From assembly GCA_964016885.1 (NCBI GenBank), contig OZ024740.1:342302001-342366000 (forward strand): a DNA stretch of 64,000 bases, read 5' to 3'. The position numbers and the translations under genes are program-made. Below the pieces are notes generated by a model, which did no database searches, had not been told where the DNA came from, and saw nothing but the letters and a program-made list of their open reading frames with translations. The DNA is from Eledone cirrhosa (lineage: Eukaryota). Below, in pieces: positions 38,789 to 53,074 of the stretch; position 1 is the stretch's first letter; every line of letters begins with the position of its first letter.

Positions 38789-40029
38789 AAGAGGAATTGG
38801 AAATAGCACGAAAAATATATTTAAAGGATCTGTTTTTCTTTTTTTCTTATTTGAAGTTTTATAAAGGAGTTTTATAATGATTACAAAATATATAAAATAT
38901 AACCGGTTTCGATGTAGCAGTGTAATCATCTTATCAAATGTTGAATATTGCAATTAAAAAGAATTAAAAATTAAAAATTTTTAATTAAGCGTTGAAGAAG
39001 GTCTGTTCATCTTTATTGTTATATATATTACACACCCAAAACAGGAGGGTACACAGAACAAAGACAACGGAAGCTCCCCATATATATGTAGATCCCAAAT
39101 AAAATTGGGGTTAATCACAGTTAAAAAGATACTCAATACATTAGTAGTGTGTAATCATCATTATTTGACAGTTTGCCTTTCATCCTTACGGGGTCGATAA
39201 AATAAAGTACCAGTAATACACTGGTTAATTGCTGGCCTTGTGCCAAATGTAGAAACAATTATTTGACAGAGGGTCAGACGCCATGCTTTGCAGCAAAGAG
39301 TTACGGCCCTTTATGATCTGAGTTCAAATCCCGTCGAGGTTAACTTTGCCTTTCATCCTTACGGGGTTGATAAAATAAAGTACCAGAAATGCACTGGGAT
39401 AATTGCTGGCCTTGTGCCAAAAGTAGAAACAATTATTTGACATAGAAATGGATTCTATAGGACCAGACCAGAACTACACACACACACACACACACACATT
39501 AATGTATTAAAGTTATAGTTGCACAAAAGCAACATGTGTTGATTAGCCCAATCAACATTCATTCAGTGATACATGGAATTGGTTCACCAATAATTCAAAA
39601 TTGAAAGGACTATAAACAGAAGACATGGACAATATGTAGAGAGAGTTCAGACAGAAAATAAGAAATACACAGCATAAAACATAACATAATGTGTGTATGT
39701 GTGTGTGCATGGGAGAGAGAATGAGAGAGAGGGAGGAGAGGGAGAGAAAGAGAGAGAGAGAGAGAGAGTTTATTTTATTAGTCCCCTCTCCTCCTCTAAA
39801 AACAGCTCAGCATGGTCCATGCTTTAACACAATATTTGGTAGCATGTGAGATAGAAGGATGAGATAATATCTATCTATCTATCTATAGCCGGGACTTTCA
39901 TTATTTCTCACAAATTACCATCAAATGTAGCCACTATGTTTATCATCAAGAATCCATTGAAACATTCATACAGATTTACATACATATATATTAGTTTTCT
40001 TATCAACTGGTGTGTTGGTTATCTATCAG

Positions 40030-40640
40030 ATCTTACACACACAAAACACACACACATACACACACACACACATACACACATACACACACACATACACGTA
40101 CACACATATACACACACACTCACACACACACACACTCCCACATACACATACACGCATACACACTCACATATACACTCACACACTCACACATACACACATA
40201 CATACACTCACACACACTCACACATACACACACATACATACACACACATACATACACACACACATACACACACACACACATATACACACTCACACATACA
40301 CTCATAAACACACACTCACACATACACACACATATACACATACACTCACATATACACACACACTCACACACACACACACACATACACACATGCACACATG
40401 TATATCTATATATCTATACATATACACCTGTACATGCACACTCACACATACACTCTCACACACTCACTCGCAAACACATTCACCCACTCGTACATATACA
40501 CACGTACATACATGTACATGGGTACCCAAATATCTGTGTGTATGTGTGTATGTGTGTGTGAATGTGTGTGTGTGTGTGCATGTATGTGTGTGCATGTGTG
40601 TATGTGCGTGTGTGCCTGTGCCTGTGCGTGTGTGTGTTAT
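40030..40640. repeat. Degenerate (CA)n block followed by (TG)n block
   Basis: Direct reading; source of spurious His/Thr ORFs. Confidence 0.9.
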
Positions 40641-41039
40641 AGTGTGATGATGATGATGATGGAGGTAGTAGTCATAGTGGTGTATGAATAAATCAACAAC
40701 AACTACAATAACAGTAACAAAAGTCCCAATGTTATAGAAGAAAGTGATTTAAAAACTGCTGACACTAACAGATCTGCTTCTCTGCCCCTACCCTGAGTCT
40801 AGCCTAGCCCTTAGATCCCTTACCCTAGAATAGTAGATCTAGGTAAGGGGTAGGTCCACCTCACACCCCCTCCTCCACTTCATAATCTCCCCTTCATTTC
40901 CCCTCCCCACCTCCGGAAGAACTCTGTCATCCCACAACATAGCTGCCTCACCCCTTGTTCTTTTATCTTGCGCACACAGACACACCCATGTACACATACA
41001 CACAGAGTTACCACAGAAGGTTTAAGCCCCTCCCCCTGC

Positions 41040-42070
<1,031 letters not shown>

Positions 42071-42447
42071 CACCCACCCCTATGTAACCCTACTTACTCA
42101 TACTCCACCCTCCCACTACTGTCATCTTTTTGCTTCACTTGGGTTTCAGTTGAAGTTTGGCTGTCATATTTATAATTTTCTTGGGTTGAAAAGGGGTTAG
42201 CTACTCCCTATCCTTACCCCAATACTTCAGGGTATCTGTGTGTGTGAACCTCTTCCCCCTGTATGTGTCTGTGTAAGATTTATGTACATAATTAATACTT
42301 ATATAGACATTGGTGTTTGTCTGTGACCATATGTATATTCTCATTTTCATGGCTTGAAGAGGTTGGGTTGGGGTGGGGTGTATCTTGTCCTTCCCACATC
42401 TCTTATTGACTTCAGGCTATCTCTGTGTGCACATGTATAAATCCTGA

Positions 42448-42480
<33 letters not shown>

Positions 42481-42484
<4 letters not shown>

Positions 42485-43848
42485 CTAGAATCAAAAGGAC
42501 TTAAAATTAACCTGGCTAAGACTAAAGTTCTAGTTTGTAGGAAAGAAAATAAGGCGACGGTCCCTTCCGGGAAATGGCCATGCTCAGTGTGTAGGAAAGG
42601 CGTAGGTAGAAACTCCATTTTATGTCCCAAATGCAAAGTATGGGTGCATAAAAGATGTAGTGGGATCACAGGTAAGCTAACTGAGAACATAGATTTTACA
42701 TGTGGCCGGTGCTCTGGTGCAATAAGTAGCAGCAAGTGCCCACAAAATACTAGCTCTTTCAATTGTGCAGAGGGTTCTATAGAAATAGTGGACAGCTTCC
42801 GTTACCTGGGTGACAAAATCAGCAGTGGGGGAGGGTGCTCTGAAAGTACAGTAGCTAGAGTCAGAACTGGATGGAAAAAGTTCAGAGAGCTTATACCACT
42901 ATTAGCTGCTAAAGGGTTCTCCCTAAAAATGAAAGGCAGGTTGTATGATGCCTGCATACGAACAGCAATGTTGCATGGCAGTGAGACCTGGGCATTGTGT
43001 GCAGAGGATATACGCAGACTAGAGAGGAACGAAGCTTGCATGCTCCGCTGGATGTGTAATAGTAACATACGTGAATGGCAAAGCATAAGCGAACTAAGGA
43101 AAAAATTAGAAATAAGAGGGATCAGATGTTGTTTACTCGAGAGAAGGCTACGTTGGTATGGTCACGTGATGCGCATGAAAGACGACAGCTGTATAACAAA
43201 GTGCAGGGCAATAAAGATAGACGGTAGCTACGGAGTAGGCAGACCCAGAAAAACCTGGGACGAGCTGATAAATTCCGACCTCACACACTTACACCTCTCC
43301 AAGACAATGTCACTGGACCGAGACCTTTGGCGGTACTCAGTAATAGAGAAGACCCGCCTTACCTAAATACAAAGTAAAACTTACTACAGTCAGTAGGCAT
43401 CTCTAACAAAATACACCCCCGTCCCACCACCCCCACCCCATCTACACCGCCCCTTTCAATGTAAAGTTATGTTGGTGCCACAACATCCAGGCCGAAACAA
43501 ATGAGATCGTGTAGGTGTCATGACAAAAAAACACACAGTCAACGCTGTAATGTGGCCGTGTAGGCAACACGGTAAAATCCTCCCAGCCCCACACTGTAAA
43601 TGTGGTTGGTGTTAGGAAGGGCATCCAGCTGTAGAAAACCCGCCAGACAGTCCACGCTGTAATGTGGCCGTATAGGCAACACGGTAAAAACCTCCCAGCC
43701 CCACACTGTAAATGTGGTTGGTGTTAGGAAGGGCATCCAGCTGTAGAAAACCTGCCAGACAGTCCTATGCGAGCAAGACAATCACTCTTGCCTCAAGTGG
43801 GAAAACCCCCGTCCAAACCCATGCAAGCGTGGAACACGGACGTTAAAC

Positions 43849-43887
<39 letters not shown>
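42481..43887 (+). mobile_element. 5'-truncated RTE LINE with duplicated 3' UTR segment
   Basis: GLKINLAKTKVL...FRYLG...MLHGSETW...RRLRWYGHVMR...GRPRKTW; (ATG)n tail. Confidence 0.92.
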
Positions 43888-44379
43888 ATATATGTTACTT
43901 GCTATACTACCCAAGTATCAAGTACTCTGGTGAGAAATGGTCTAACTGGTTTTTACTGCATCCATTCTGATATATATATATATATATATTTATATATGAA
44001 GGATTAGTTCAGATCTAACTGTTGAAACAGCAGGTAGACCATGAAAAACATGGGCGGAGGTGGTGAGAGCAGACCTCAGATCGCTGAAGCTCGCGGTGGA
44101 GGAGACGAAGGACGGTGACAAGTGGAGAGATGCTGTGCTGAATAGGACCCGTCCCAACCTTGCAAGCAGGGAAAAGCGGATGTAAAATGATGGTTTATTT
44201 CAAATCCACTCTATATATTTCGCTGAGATCTATCAGTTATGACATCCTGAGCTCCTCAGACGGTAAAACCTATAAAACAGTGAAATTTCATTAAAAAAAC
44301 CTTTAAGTTTGGAAAAATCCAATAATGCAAACATGAAAAGGCAGAGATGAAGACGACGATGATGATGTGATGATCCAGC

Positions 44380-44426
44380 TTGTCTGACGATCCTGTGTAT
44401 GTACAGGTGAAACTCCAGAGTAACAA
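44380..44426 (+). ncRNA. Type I hammerhead ribozyme motif
   Basis: TTGT-CTGACGA-T-CCTGTG-TATG-TACAGG-T-GAAA-CTC-CA-GAG-TA-ACAA. Confidence 0.85.
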
Positions 44427-44582
44427 ACGCATTACTTAGCTATAATAAATGAATATATATCCTTTACTACCTCAAATATTAAGTACTCTGTTGAACAATG
44501 GTCTGACTATAAATAATGGGCTACTCAGCCGTTAATATGGATAAGGTAAGTATATACGTTCAACAATCTGGCAGGAAGGTAT

Positions 44583-44625
44583 ACGTTGCTGACGATAGCT
44601 AATAAGCTTGAAACTAGTACAGCGT
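44583..44625 (+). ncRNA. Minimal type I hammerhead ribozyme motif
   Basis: ACGTTG-CTGACGA-T-AGCT-AATA-AGCT-T-GAAA-CTAG-TA-CAGCGT; palindromic stem III CTAG. Confidence 0.85.
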
Positions 44626-45139
44626 TCCTTTGTCAGTATTGAACAAACGAGCAACGATGGTTGCTAGACACTATGGCTTAATACGGGATGTTTGTTTACA
44701 AACACACCGAGCATTATAATAAATGTTCGGTGAATCCATACGTGCATATATGTATGTGTGCATGTATGTATATATATATACATACAACTGTACATCTGTA
44801 TACATATATGTATGTGCGTATACATACTTATATTTAAGTAACAGCCGTACTAAGAGTGGGAAATGAAATTTCGTTTCATTTTTTCCGTTTATATATATAT
44901 ATATATATAAACGAAGATGATGATGTTTAACCCATGCTAGCGTGGAAAATGGACATTAAACGAAGATGATGATGATGATGATGATGAGGCTTATTCAACC
45001 CATGCCAGGATGGAAAAGCTACCCCTTTTGTTATATTTCTAATGAAAGATACACACTGCCTATAATTTTCAAATACTTTTGAAAATAATGAAGAATTTGG
45101 ACAAATTTTGTAATTGGGGTTCCTTCGAAGGGTCTTTAG

Positions 45140-45500
45140 AGTAATGTTACTTGATAGAGTGTGTAGTTTAGAGATCAGAGAGTCACTCCAGATAGAAGTG
45201 CTACTTCTCCGAATTGAAAGATCACAGCTCCATTACTATGGGCATGTGGTTAGAATGTCTCAGAAAAGAATTGCTGGATAGATTTTACGAGCAAAACCAA
45301 CTGGCTGGAGACCGAAGGGTAGACCCTGAGCAAGATGGTTGGATAACATCCATGAGCTTGGCTGGTCTCGCTTGGGGATCCAGCTGGATCAGTTGGAGAT
45401 AGTTGCTTCTGACAGGACCCACTGGAAGGAGTATTTGAGGACTCTGCCCCCACAGTCCTTGGGAGAAGAAGAAGAAGGAGAAGAAGGAGGAGGAGGAGAC
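45140..45500 (+). mobile_element. Old RTE-clade LINE 3' fragment
   Basis: QLHYYGHVVRM...RPKGRP..RWLDNI in one frame with stops; (GAA)n tail. Confidence 0.65.
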
Positions 45501-45530
45501 TAATTTATGATTATTATGGATTTATTATAC

Positions 45531-45720
45531 GGCGGTGGATTGGCAGTATCGGTAGAGGGTCGGACGCCATGCTTTCAAGCATAGTTACGTCTCTTTATGA
45601 TCTGAGTTCAAATCCCGCCGAGGTTGACTTTGCCTTTCATCCTTACGGGGTCGATAAAATAAAGTACCAGTAATGCACTGGATAATTGCTGGCCTTGTGC
45701 CTAAAGTAGAAACAATTATG
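45531..45720 (+). mobile_element. tRNA-derived SINE with Meta-like central domain, full length
   Basis: B box GAGTTCAAATCC followed by GACTTTGCCTTTCATCCTTACGGGGTCGATAAAATAAAGTACCAG; many other copies (about 8305, 10255, 15870, 25822, 30205, 35125, 39170, 48545, 55978). Confidence 0.85.
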
Positions 45721-46116
45721 GATTTATTATACAAAACTTCTCATTTTAGAATGTTTGTCCTTATATTAAAACTTTTCTTCATAATTTTATTATAGAAATG
45801 TTAAATAATATTCTAGATATCAGCTTATTAATGAAAAACATTTATTAAATTCCTTCAAATGTTTGGTTATTTTCAAAATTAATTGAAATACATAGGTAGT
45901 GTATTTCATTAGAAATGTATTTAATGAAAGGTTTAAAATGGTATTTGGTGCATAGTTTGCCAACATTCTTAGATAAATTTATGATGAATGGTTTGTAAAC
46001 AAATCTAAACTTTTTAATAGAAACAGTCAGTTATCATTGAACCAGGGTTAGTTGGTTTAGTTTTAAGAGGGTTAAATGAGGATGATGATGATATATACAT
46101 ACACATACACACACAC

Positions 46117-46162
<46 letters not shown>

Positions 46163-46389
46163 ATTTGTCAGTTTATGAGTATGTGTGAATGTATTTGTGG
46201 ATATATATATGCATGTGTATGCATGTGTAAGTGTATATGTAAGTGTGAATGCATGATTTATATTCACAATTATACATGCTGGCTTTTGTCAAATATTTGT
46301 GCATATGTTTAATTTCACTAACTCACATTCGAAAGATGAAGCCAAGAATGTCTTGATACATTAACATTTTGTAATGATTTGCTGAAAAT

Positions 46390-46890
46390 ATCTACATAAA
46401 AGTTTGTTAATTTGAATGTGCCACCCAAAAGCCACCTTAAATTCAGGAAAAGTTTCCTAAAGAACGTCACACCTCTTGGAACATCAAGCATAAGTAGTGA
46501 AAGAGTTACTCGCTGGGAAGAAAAACTTAACAACCTCCCATCTCTAACAACAATGCAGCTAAAGGCAATCAAGGCACTGTCCCCCCCCCCCCCAGCAGAT
46601 ACAAACTATGCAGTGTGTAAATGCCTCAACAGATTAAGATCTGGTGTTGGTCGTGAAAAAGCCAATCTGGCAAAATGGGGTTATTTAAAGGATGGGGATG
46701 TGTGTGAATGCAGCATCGAACCACAGACTACATAGCACCTCCTGATATGCCACCTGCTGGAACACCCATACACAGCATTGGACTTGGCAGAGTTTAATGA
46801 GAAAGGACAGCAATGTGTTCAGCTGTGGCAGAACTACATCTGGTCAAGCTTTGTAACCGACACTCTTGTGGACATGATAAGAAGAAAAAT
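46390..46890 (+). mobile_element. Ingi/Vingi-like LINE 3' fragment with CCHC knuckle
   Basis: KCLNRLRSGVGREKANLAKWGY...CECSIEPQTT*HLLIC. Confidence 0.65.
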
Positions 46891-47239
46891 TCAAATGTTT
46901 ATAGTATCTTTACTAGTGGGTAGATCATTGTGAAACTTTGCAGTAGACTAAAGTTGTAAAGATATCAATTTTTAATGTGATGCAGTTACAGTGTTGTTTT
47001 GTACTTTTCAATAATTTCTTGTTAATGTGGTTTCAGGATGTAATAAATTAATGGATGTAAGGACCATATTGTTACAAACTAAACATAGAGAACTAATAAG
47101 GAAATAGGAAAGTTCCTTCACCATCATCGTGTGGAGGGTAAAGTCGGTGACATTGACCCCTAGTACGTTACTGGTACTTTATTTTATTGACCCCAGAAGG
47201 ATAAAAGGCAAAAGTTGACCTCAGCAGGATTTGAACACA

Positions 47240-47311
47240 GATCATCATCATCATCACCACTACCACCACCACCATCATTATCATCACCACCAGCGCCATC
47301 ACCTTCATCAC

Positions 47312-47376
<65 letters not shown>

Positions 47377-47450
47377 CCACCACCATCATCATCATCACCA
47401 TCATCATCAACATCATCGTCGTCACCACCACCACCACCACCACCATCATT
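47240..47450. repeat. (CAT)n/(CAC)n microsatellite
   Basis: Direct reading. Confidence 0.9.
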
Positions 47451-49122
47451 TAACATCCTATTTGTTCCATGCTAGCTTAAGTTGGATGTGTTGTCACAGA
47501 CCAAGTCAGCACTCAATCAGATGGACCAGGAGATGCTTCTTGCTTACATACCCTCCTATACTTTAAAAGTGTATTGGGTGCATTTTATTGTGTCACCAAC
47601 ACTAAGATTGTCATGCCATTGACACAACTGGAGAGTTCTCTCTACCCTATGTTTGGCAGGATTTCTATAACTGGCTGTCTTTCCTAATTCCAAAAATTTT
47701 ACAGGGTATAGTTGGTGCCTTTTATTGTGGCACCAGTATTATAGAAGGTAGGAGCAGGGTTGTGCCCTAAAGCGCTGTTCCTTATATATAAAAATATAAT
47801 CATCATCGTCATCATTTTATGTCTGTTTTCTATTCTGGCATTCATTGAATAGGTTTTCACATTTTGAAACTATGACAGGTCAGATGATTACATCATGCTC
47901 AGAAGCTCCATTTTGACATGGTTTCTATGGCTGGATGTCCTTCCTTACATCAGCCACTTTACAGAATGTACTGGGTGCATTTTATCATGGCACTAACACT
48001 ACCTTTTTAAAGAATAGACTGAGTGAGTTTTATTGTGACACCAGCACATGGTCATGACTTGCTCAATCATAGTTGATATATTTCTAAACAACAACAACAC
48101 TATACTACACAACACCACCCTACATTACACTACACCACAACAAATTATACTACAGCATACTATAGCACATCATGCTATTCTACACCACACTACACCACTA
48201 TACTACACCACACAACACTCCACTACATTACACTACACCAAACTACACTACACCACATTACACCACACTACACCACACCACATTACACCACACTACACCA
48301 CACCACATTATACTACATCATATCATATTAAAGGCACATATGATGAAATATTTGAAAAAATATCAAATAGTAGTTGCTTAAATGCCTTTGTTAAAAAGTT
48401 TGATGGATTAGGGCTGACCCAGTGCCAAAGAACATCTACAATAATGGTTTAACTCATTTGTGACCATATTTCTAACAAGAATATACTGCATCTCTGTTTT
48501 GCTTATCAAAATAAAAAAATAAAAAATTATATTATATTAATAATAGTTTCTGATTTAGGCACAAAGCCAACGATTTTGGCGTGGGACGAGGAGTGGGGGG
48601 TCGATTAAATCAACCCGTGTATTACTGGTGCTATATTTATTGATCCTGTAAGGATGGAAGGCAAAGCTAACCATGGCAGGATTTGAACTCAACTTTCAAC
48701 TTAATTATAAAAGATAAATATTTAGCTATTGAAATGTAATATTATCTGTCATGTAATAATGAGTCTTCAGTACAACATTTTAATTTAAATTTGAACATTT
48801 TAACTGAACCAGTTTTGACCATGTTTGGTTTAATCCTGTAGCATTTAAGCTGGCTGTATCCACCCAGAATTCTCTCACTTCTTTCTGTTCAAACTGGCTG
48901 TAACCAGCTACTCATACTGATGTTAACGTATTGTTCTCAACATAAATAGTATATCAAAATCTCATAGATTTGATATTATGTGAGATAATTATTTGAGGTA
49001 AAGCCTTTACCATGAAAGTAAAATAGTATATATAGATTAATATAAATGCTAAAAAAAAAAAAGCATACTGATACATCTTTTACTTAGCACCCCTTATGTG
49101 CCAAAAATATATTATTATATAT

Positions 49123-51086
49123 TGGGCCTTCGGAAATAGTTGCTGAGATGCTGAAGGCATCTGGCACGGTGGGACACACCATGGTCACCCGCATAGTTAA
49201 CCAAGTCGTACAGAATGGGGTTGTTCCGAAGGACTGGCATAGCAGCATCATCGTTAACTGTTATAAGGGTAAAGGAGACGCCCTAGATAGGAGTAACTAT
49301 AGAGGCATTAAATTAATCGACCAGGTCATGAAGGTCACGGAAAAAGTAATAGCGCAACTAATCAGAGAGAGAATTGATCTAGATGAAATGCAGTTCGGGT
49401 TTGTGTCAGGCAAAAGCACCACAGACGCTCTTTTCATAGTACGACAACTACAGGAGAAGTACCTAGCTAAAGGTAAACCCCTCTACTTAGCTTTTGTCGA
49501 CCTGGAGAAAGCCTTCGACAGAGTCCCCCGCTCCATTATCTGGTGGGCTCTTAGAAAACTAGGCGTTGACGAATGGCTTGTGAGGGCTATACAAGCCATG
49601 TATAAAGAAACAGTCAGCAAGGTTAGAATTAACAACGAATATAGTGAAGAGTTTAGCGTAAAAGTTGGCGTCCATCAGGGCTCTGTTCTCAGCCCCCTAC
49701 TATTTATTATTGCCCTTCAGGCTATAACAGAGGAGTTCAAGACAGGCTGCCCATGGGAACTCCTATACGCAGACGACCTGACACTCATAGCGGAATCAAT
49801 GGCCGAGCTAGAGAAGAAATTCCAAACATGGAAGCACGGCCTAGAGTCAAAAGGACTTAAAATTAACCTGGCTAAGACCAAAGTTCTAGTTTGTAGGAAA
49901 GAAAACAAGGCGGCGGTCCCTTCTGGGAAATGGTCGTGCTCGGTATGTAGGAAAGGCGTAGGTAGAAACTCCATCTTATGTCCTAAATGCAAAGTATGGG
50001 TGCATAAAAGATGTAGTGGGATCACAGGTAAGCTAACTAAGAACATAGACTTTACATGTGGCCGGTGTTCTGGTGCAATAAGTAGCAGCAAGTGCCCACA
50101 AAATACTAGCTCTTTCAATTGCGCAGAGGGTTCTATAGAAATAGTGGACAGCTTCCGTTACCTGGGCGATAAAATCAGCAGTGGGGGAGGGTGCTCTGAA
50201 AGTACTGTAGCTAGAGTCAGAACTGGTTGGAAAAAGTTCAGAGAGCTTATACCACTATTAGCTGCTAAAGGGTTCTCCCTAAAAATGAAAGGCAGGTTGT
50301 ACGATGCCTGCATACGAACAGCAATGTTGCATGGTAGTGAGACCTGGGCATTGTGTGCAGAGGATATACGCAGACTAGAGAGGAACGAAGCTTGCATGCT
50401 CCGCTGGATGTGTAACAGTAATATACGTGAACGGCAAAGCATAAACGAACTAAGGAAAAAATTAGAGATAAGAGGGATCAGATGTTGTTTACTCGAGAGA
50501 AGGCTGCGTTGGTATGGACACGTGATGCGCATGAAAGTCGATAGCTGTATTACAAAGTGCAGGGCAATAAAGATAGACGGTAGCCACGGAATAGGCAGAC
50601 CTAGAAAAACATGGGATGAGCTGATAAACTCCGACCTCACACACTTACACCTCTCCAAGACAATGTCACTGGACCGTGACCTTTGGCGGTACTCAGTAAC
50701 AGAGAAGACCCGCCTTGCCAGTAGGCATCTCTAACAAAATACACCCCTCCCGCCGCCACCCCCACCCCATCCACACCACCCCGTTCTATGTAAAGTTATG
50801 TTGGTGCCGCGCCATCCAGGCCGAAACAAATGAGATCGTGTAGGTGTCACGACAAAAAAACACACAGTCCACGCTGTAATGTGGCCGTGTAGGCAACACG
50901 GTAAAAACCTCCCAGACCCACACTGTAAATGTGGTTGGTGTTAGGAAGGGCATCCAACTGTAGAAAACCTGCCAGACAGTCCTATGCGAGCAAGACAATC
51001 ACTCTTGCCTCAAGTGGGACTACCCCCGTCCAAACCCATGCAAGCGTGGAACACGGACGTTAAACGTTGATGATGATGATGATGAT
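49123..51086 (+). mobile_element. 5'-truncated RTE LINE
   Basis: Uninterrupted RT ORF, 3' UTR, (ATG)n tail. Confidence 0.95.
49148..50734 (+). CDS. RTE ORF2 fragment: reverse transcriptase + PHD-type finger (no endonuclease, truncated)
   Basis: NYRGIKL, QFGF, AFVDLEKAFDRV, GVHQGSVLSP, LYADD, CSVC-CPKC-HKRC-CGRC. Confidence 0.85.
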   Translation: MLKASGTVGHTMVTRIVNQVVQNGVVPKDWHSSIIVNCYKGKGDALDRSNYRGIKLIDQVMKVTEKVIAQLIRERIDLDEMQFGFVSGKSTTDALFIVRQLQEKYLAKGKPLYLAFVDLEKAFDRVPRSIIWWALRKLGVDEWLVRAIQAMYKETVSKVRINNEYSEEFSVKVGVHQGSVLSPLLFIIALQAITEEFKTGCPWELLYADDLTLIAESMAELEKKFQTWKHGLESKGLKINLAKTKVLVCRKENKAAVPSGKWSCSVCRKGVGRNSILCPKCKVWVHKRCSGITGKLTKNIDFTCGRCSGAISSSKCPQNTSSFNCAEGSIEIVDSFRYLGDKISSGGGCSESTVARVRTGWKKFRELIPLLAAKGFSLKMKGRLYDACIRTAMLHGSETWALCAEDIRRLERNEACMLRWMCNSNIRERQSINELRKKLEIRGIRCCLLERRLRWYGHVMRMKVDSCITKCRAIKIDGSHGIGRPRKTWDELINSDLTHLHLSKTMSLDRDLWRYSVTEKTRLASRHL

Positions 51087-51957
51087 AAGTTATTTTGTGA
51101 AGCACAGGTCCAGACCAAGTAAAATAAAGCAAATTTAATCAATTATCTTATTAATTTTTACAATTTTTTTAAACGAAAAAATTAATATGTAATCCCAGTC
51201 TGGGGAAGTAAAATACCCCCCCCCCCCCCCCCCACACACACACCAAAAAACAAAAAAACAAAAAAAAACGGCACTGACACTGGAGTTAAATATCTCTTGC
51301 TTTTTCATTAGAAAACTAAAACCAAAAATAAGTAATTGTTAAAGATTATGGTGTGGAATAGATATCTCTTGTTTTCTTGAACATGTCTGTAGTCTTTCTT
51401 CTGATTTCCAGTGATAGAGTTTCAAACATATTCCACTTCCATTTCTCAAATCTCCAAGTTGGTTGACCTTTCTGAAGTGTTGCGTTAATTGTTCTGTCCC
51501 ACATAGGTTTTATTTCAAACATAAATGTCTGTCAAAAATCTGGATTGGTTTTCACTTGTTTATTGAGACAGTTTTGCTTCAGTTAAGACATTTCTACTTA
51601 ATTCTATTTGTTCTAGAAGAAAAGGGAAAATGGAAAAAATATATATATAATAATAAAGGAAAAGAGAAACTTGATATTGTGTTTTTCTTTACATAAATTC
51701 TTTCTCAATCGTCCTCCACCTCCTCTCTTTTCTATATCGTCATCATCGGACCACTTTTAATAAGTGGCTTCATCTGTTGTCTTGAAGCCTCAAGCAGCAG
51801 GAAAGCTTCCTTAGGAAGGAAATGTCTCCCCAAAAAAGGGGAATGGTCCAGTGGGAGCAGTACCTACATTCAGGATGTTCTTAGTTGAAGTCACTTTTTG
51901 ATATCGTCTCAGTTTCCTGTTGTTATTTTCTGAATTCTGTGTTTGTGTTCTGAGAAC

Positions 51958-51988
<31 letters not shown>

Positions 51989-53074
51989 GCACACATACAC
52001 ACACACACACATATATACACACAAACACCTACACACACCATGCACATACCACACACACATACATATTTATATATATATATTCATATACACATACAGGCTA
52101 CATAAATGTTAATGGGGACATAATATATATACATATATACATTTTTTCATGATTTAGTCAGTATAGGCTAGAACTCATGATTTATACAGGGCCTTCAAGA
52201 CAGGTTGAGGAAGAGTGCAAATATACTCAGACCAGTAATCTAACAGCAAATGTCTTCATACTCGATTTGGGTACTGTCACTGGTAAAATAGAAGAATAGA
52301 AGAAATCCAAATGACAGGCTTTGACTGACCACTTCCTTTTTGTGCTGGTTAGTATTGGGACCTCCTAGTGTCATCATAAGACTGTGACATTTATTAGTAA
52401 AACACTTCAGAAACATTGTATGAGATGCAGGTTTATAGGTGGTTATCTAAACTTATGTGTGAGTTGTAGCAACAAGAAATGTTATATATAAGAAGCAGAG
52501 GTGTAACTAGGGAAAATAGTGCCTATGGCAAGCAGTGAAATTGTGCCCAAACATCTGACATTAATCTTTCAGAAAACCATAAAATCATCTCAAAAATAAC
52601 AATTGCTTTCATTAATTTTTTAATTGAAAACATTACATGAAAATCACAACTGCATCTTCTTTGCTTTTACAGATGCAAATTTGTGTATGATGTGATCTAA
52701 GTTAGTTTTTTCAATTTATTCTGTTTCTACACTTCAGATCATACATCTGATGAAGTTTCTTCTTTCACTCTCTGACTATAATTTATCTGACTTTAATAGA
52801 AGGTGCTCCCAGTCCAAGTAACACTCCCCTCCAAGTGGCACTCATGGAACGTGCCATGCTTGCCATACTCAAGATGTGCCTCTGATAAGAAGTGACTTTG
52901 AGAAATTATCTGAGAAAGAAAAATCAGAAGTAGCATGCAAGAGAGAAAACGGCATTGAAATGGACATGCAGTGTGCATGGATGATTGTTTTGGCTTGGTT
53001 TCTATGGCTGGATTGCCCTTCCTAACAAACACCAATATATATATATATAACGTTAAAACAATGATGATGATTAT

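Noticed and set aside
47168-47566. Poly-His, poly-Asp, poly-Met and poly-Ser ORFs (also 61330-61637 and 63141-63635)
   Set aside because: Trinucleotide microsatellites lacking stop codons.
52747-52760. CTGATGA (also near 37013)
   Set aside because: No stem II followed by GAAA, so not a hammerhead.
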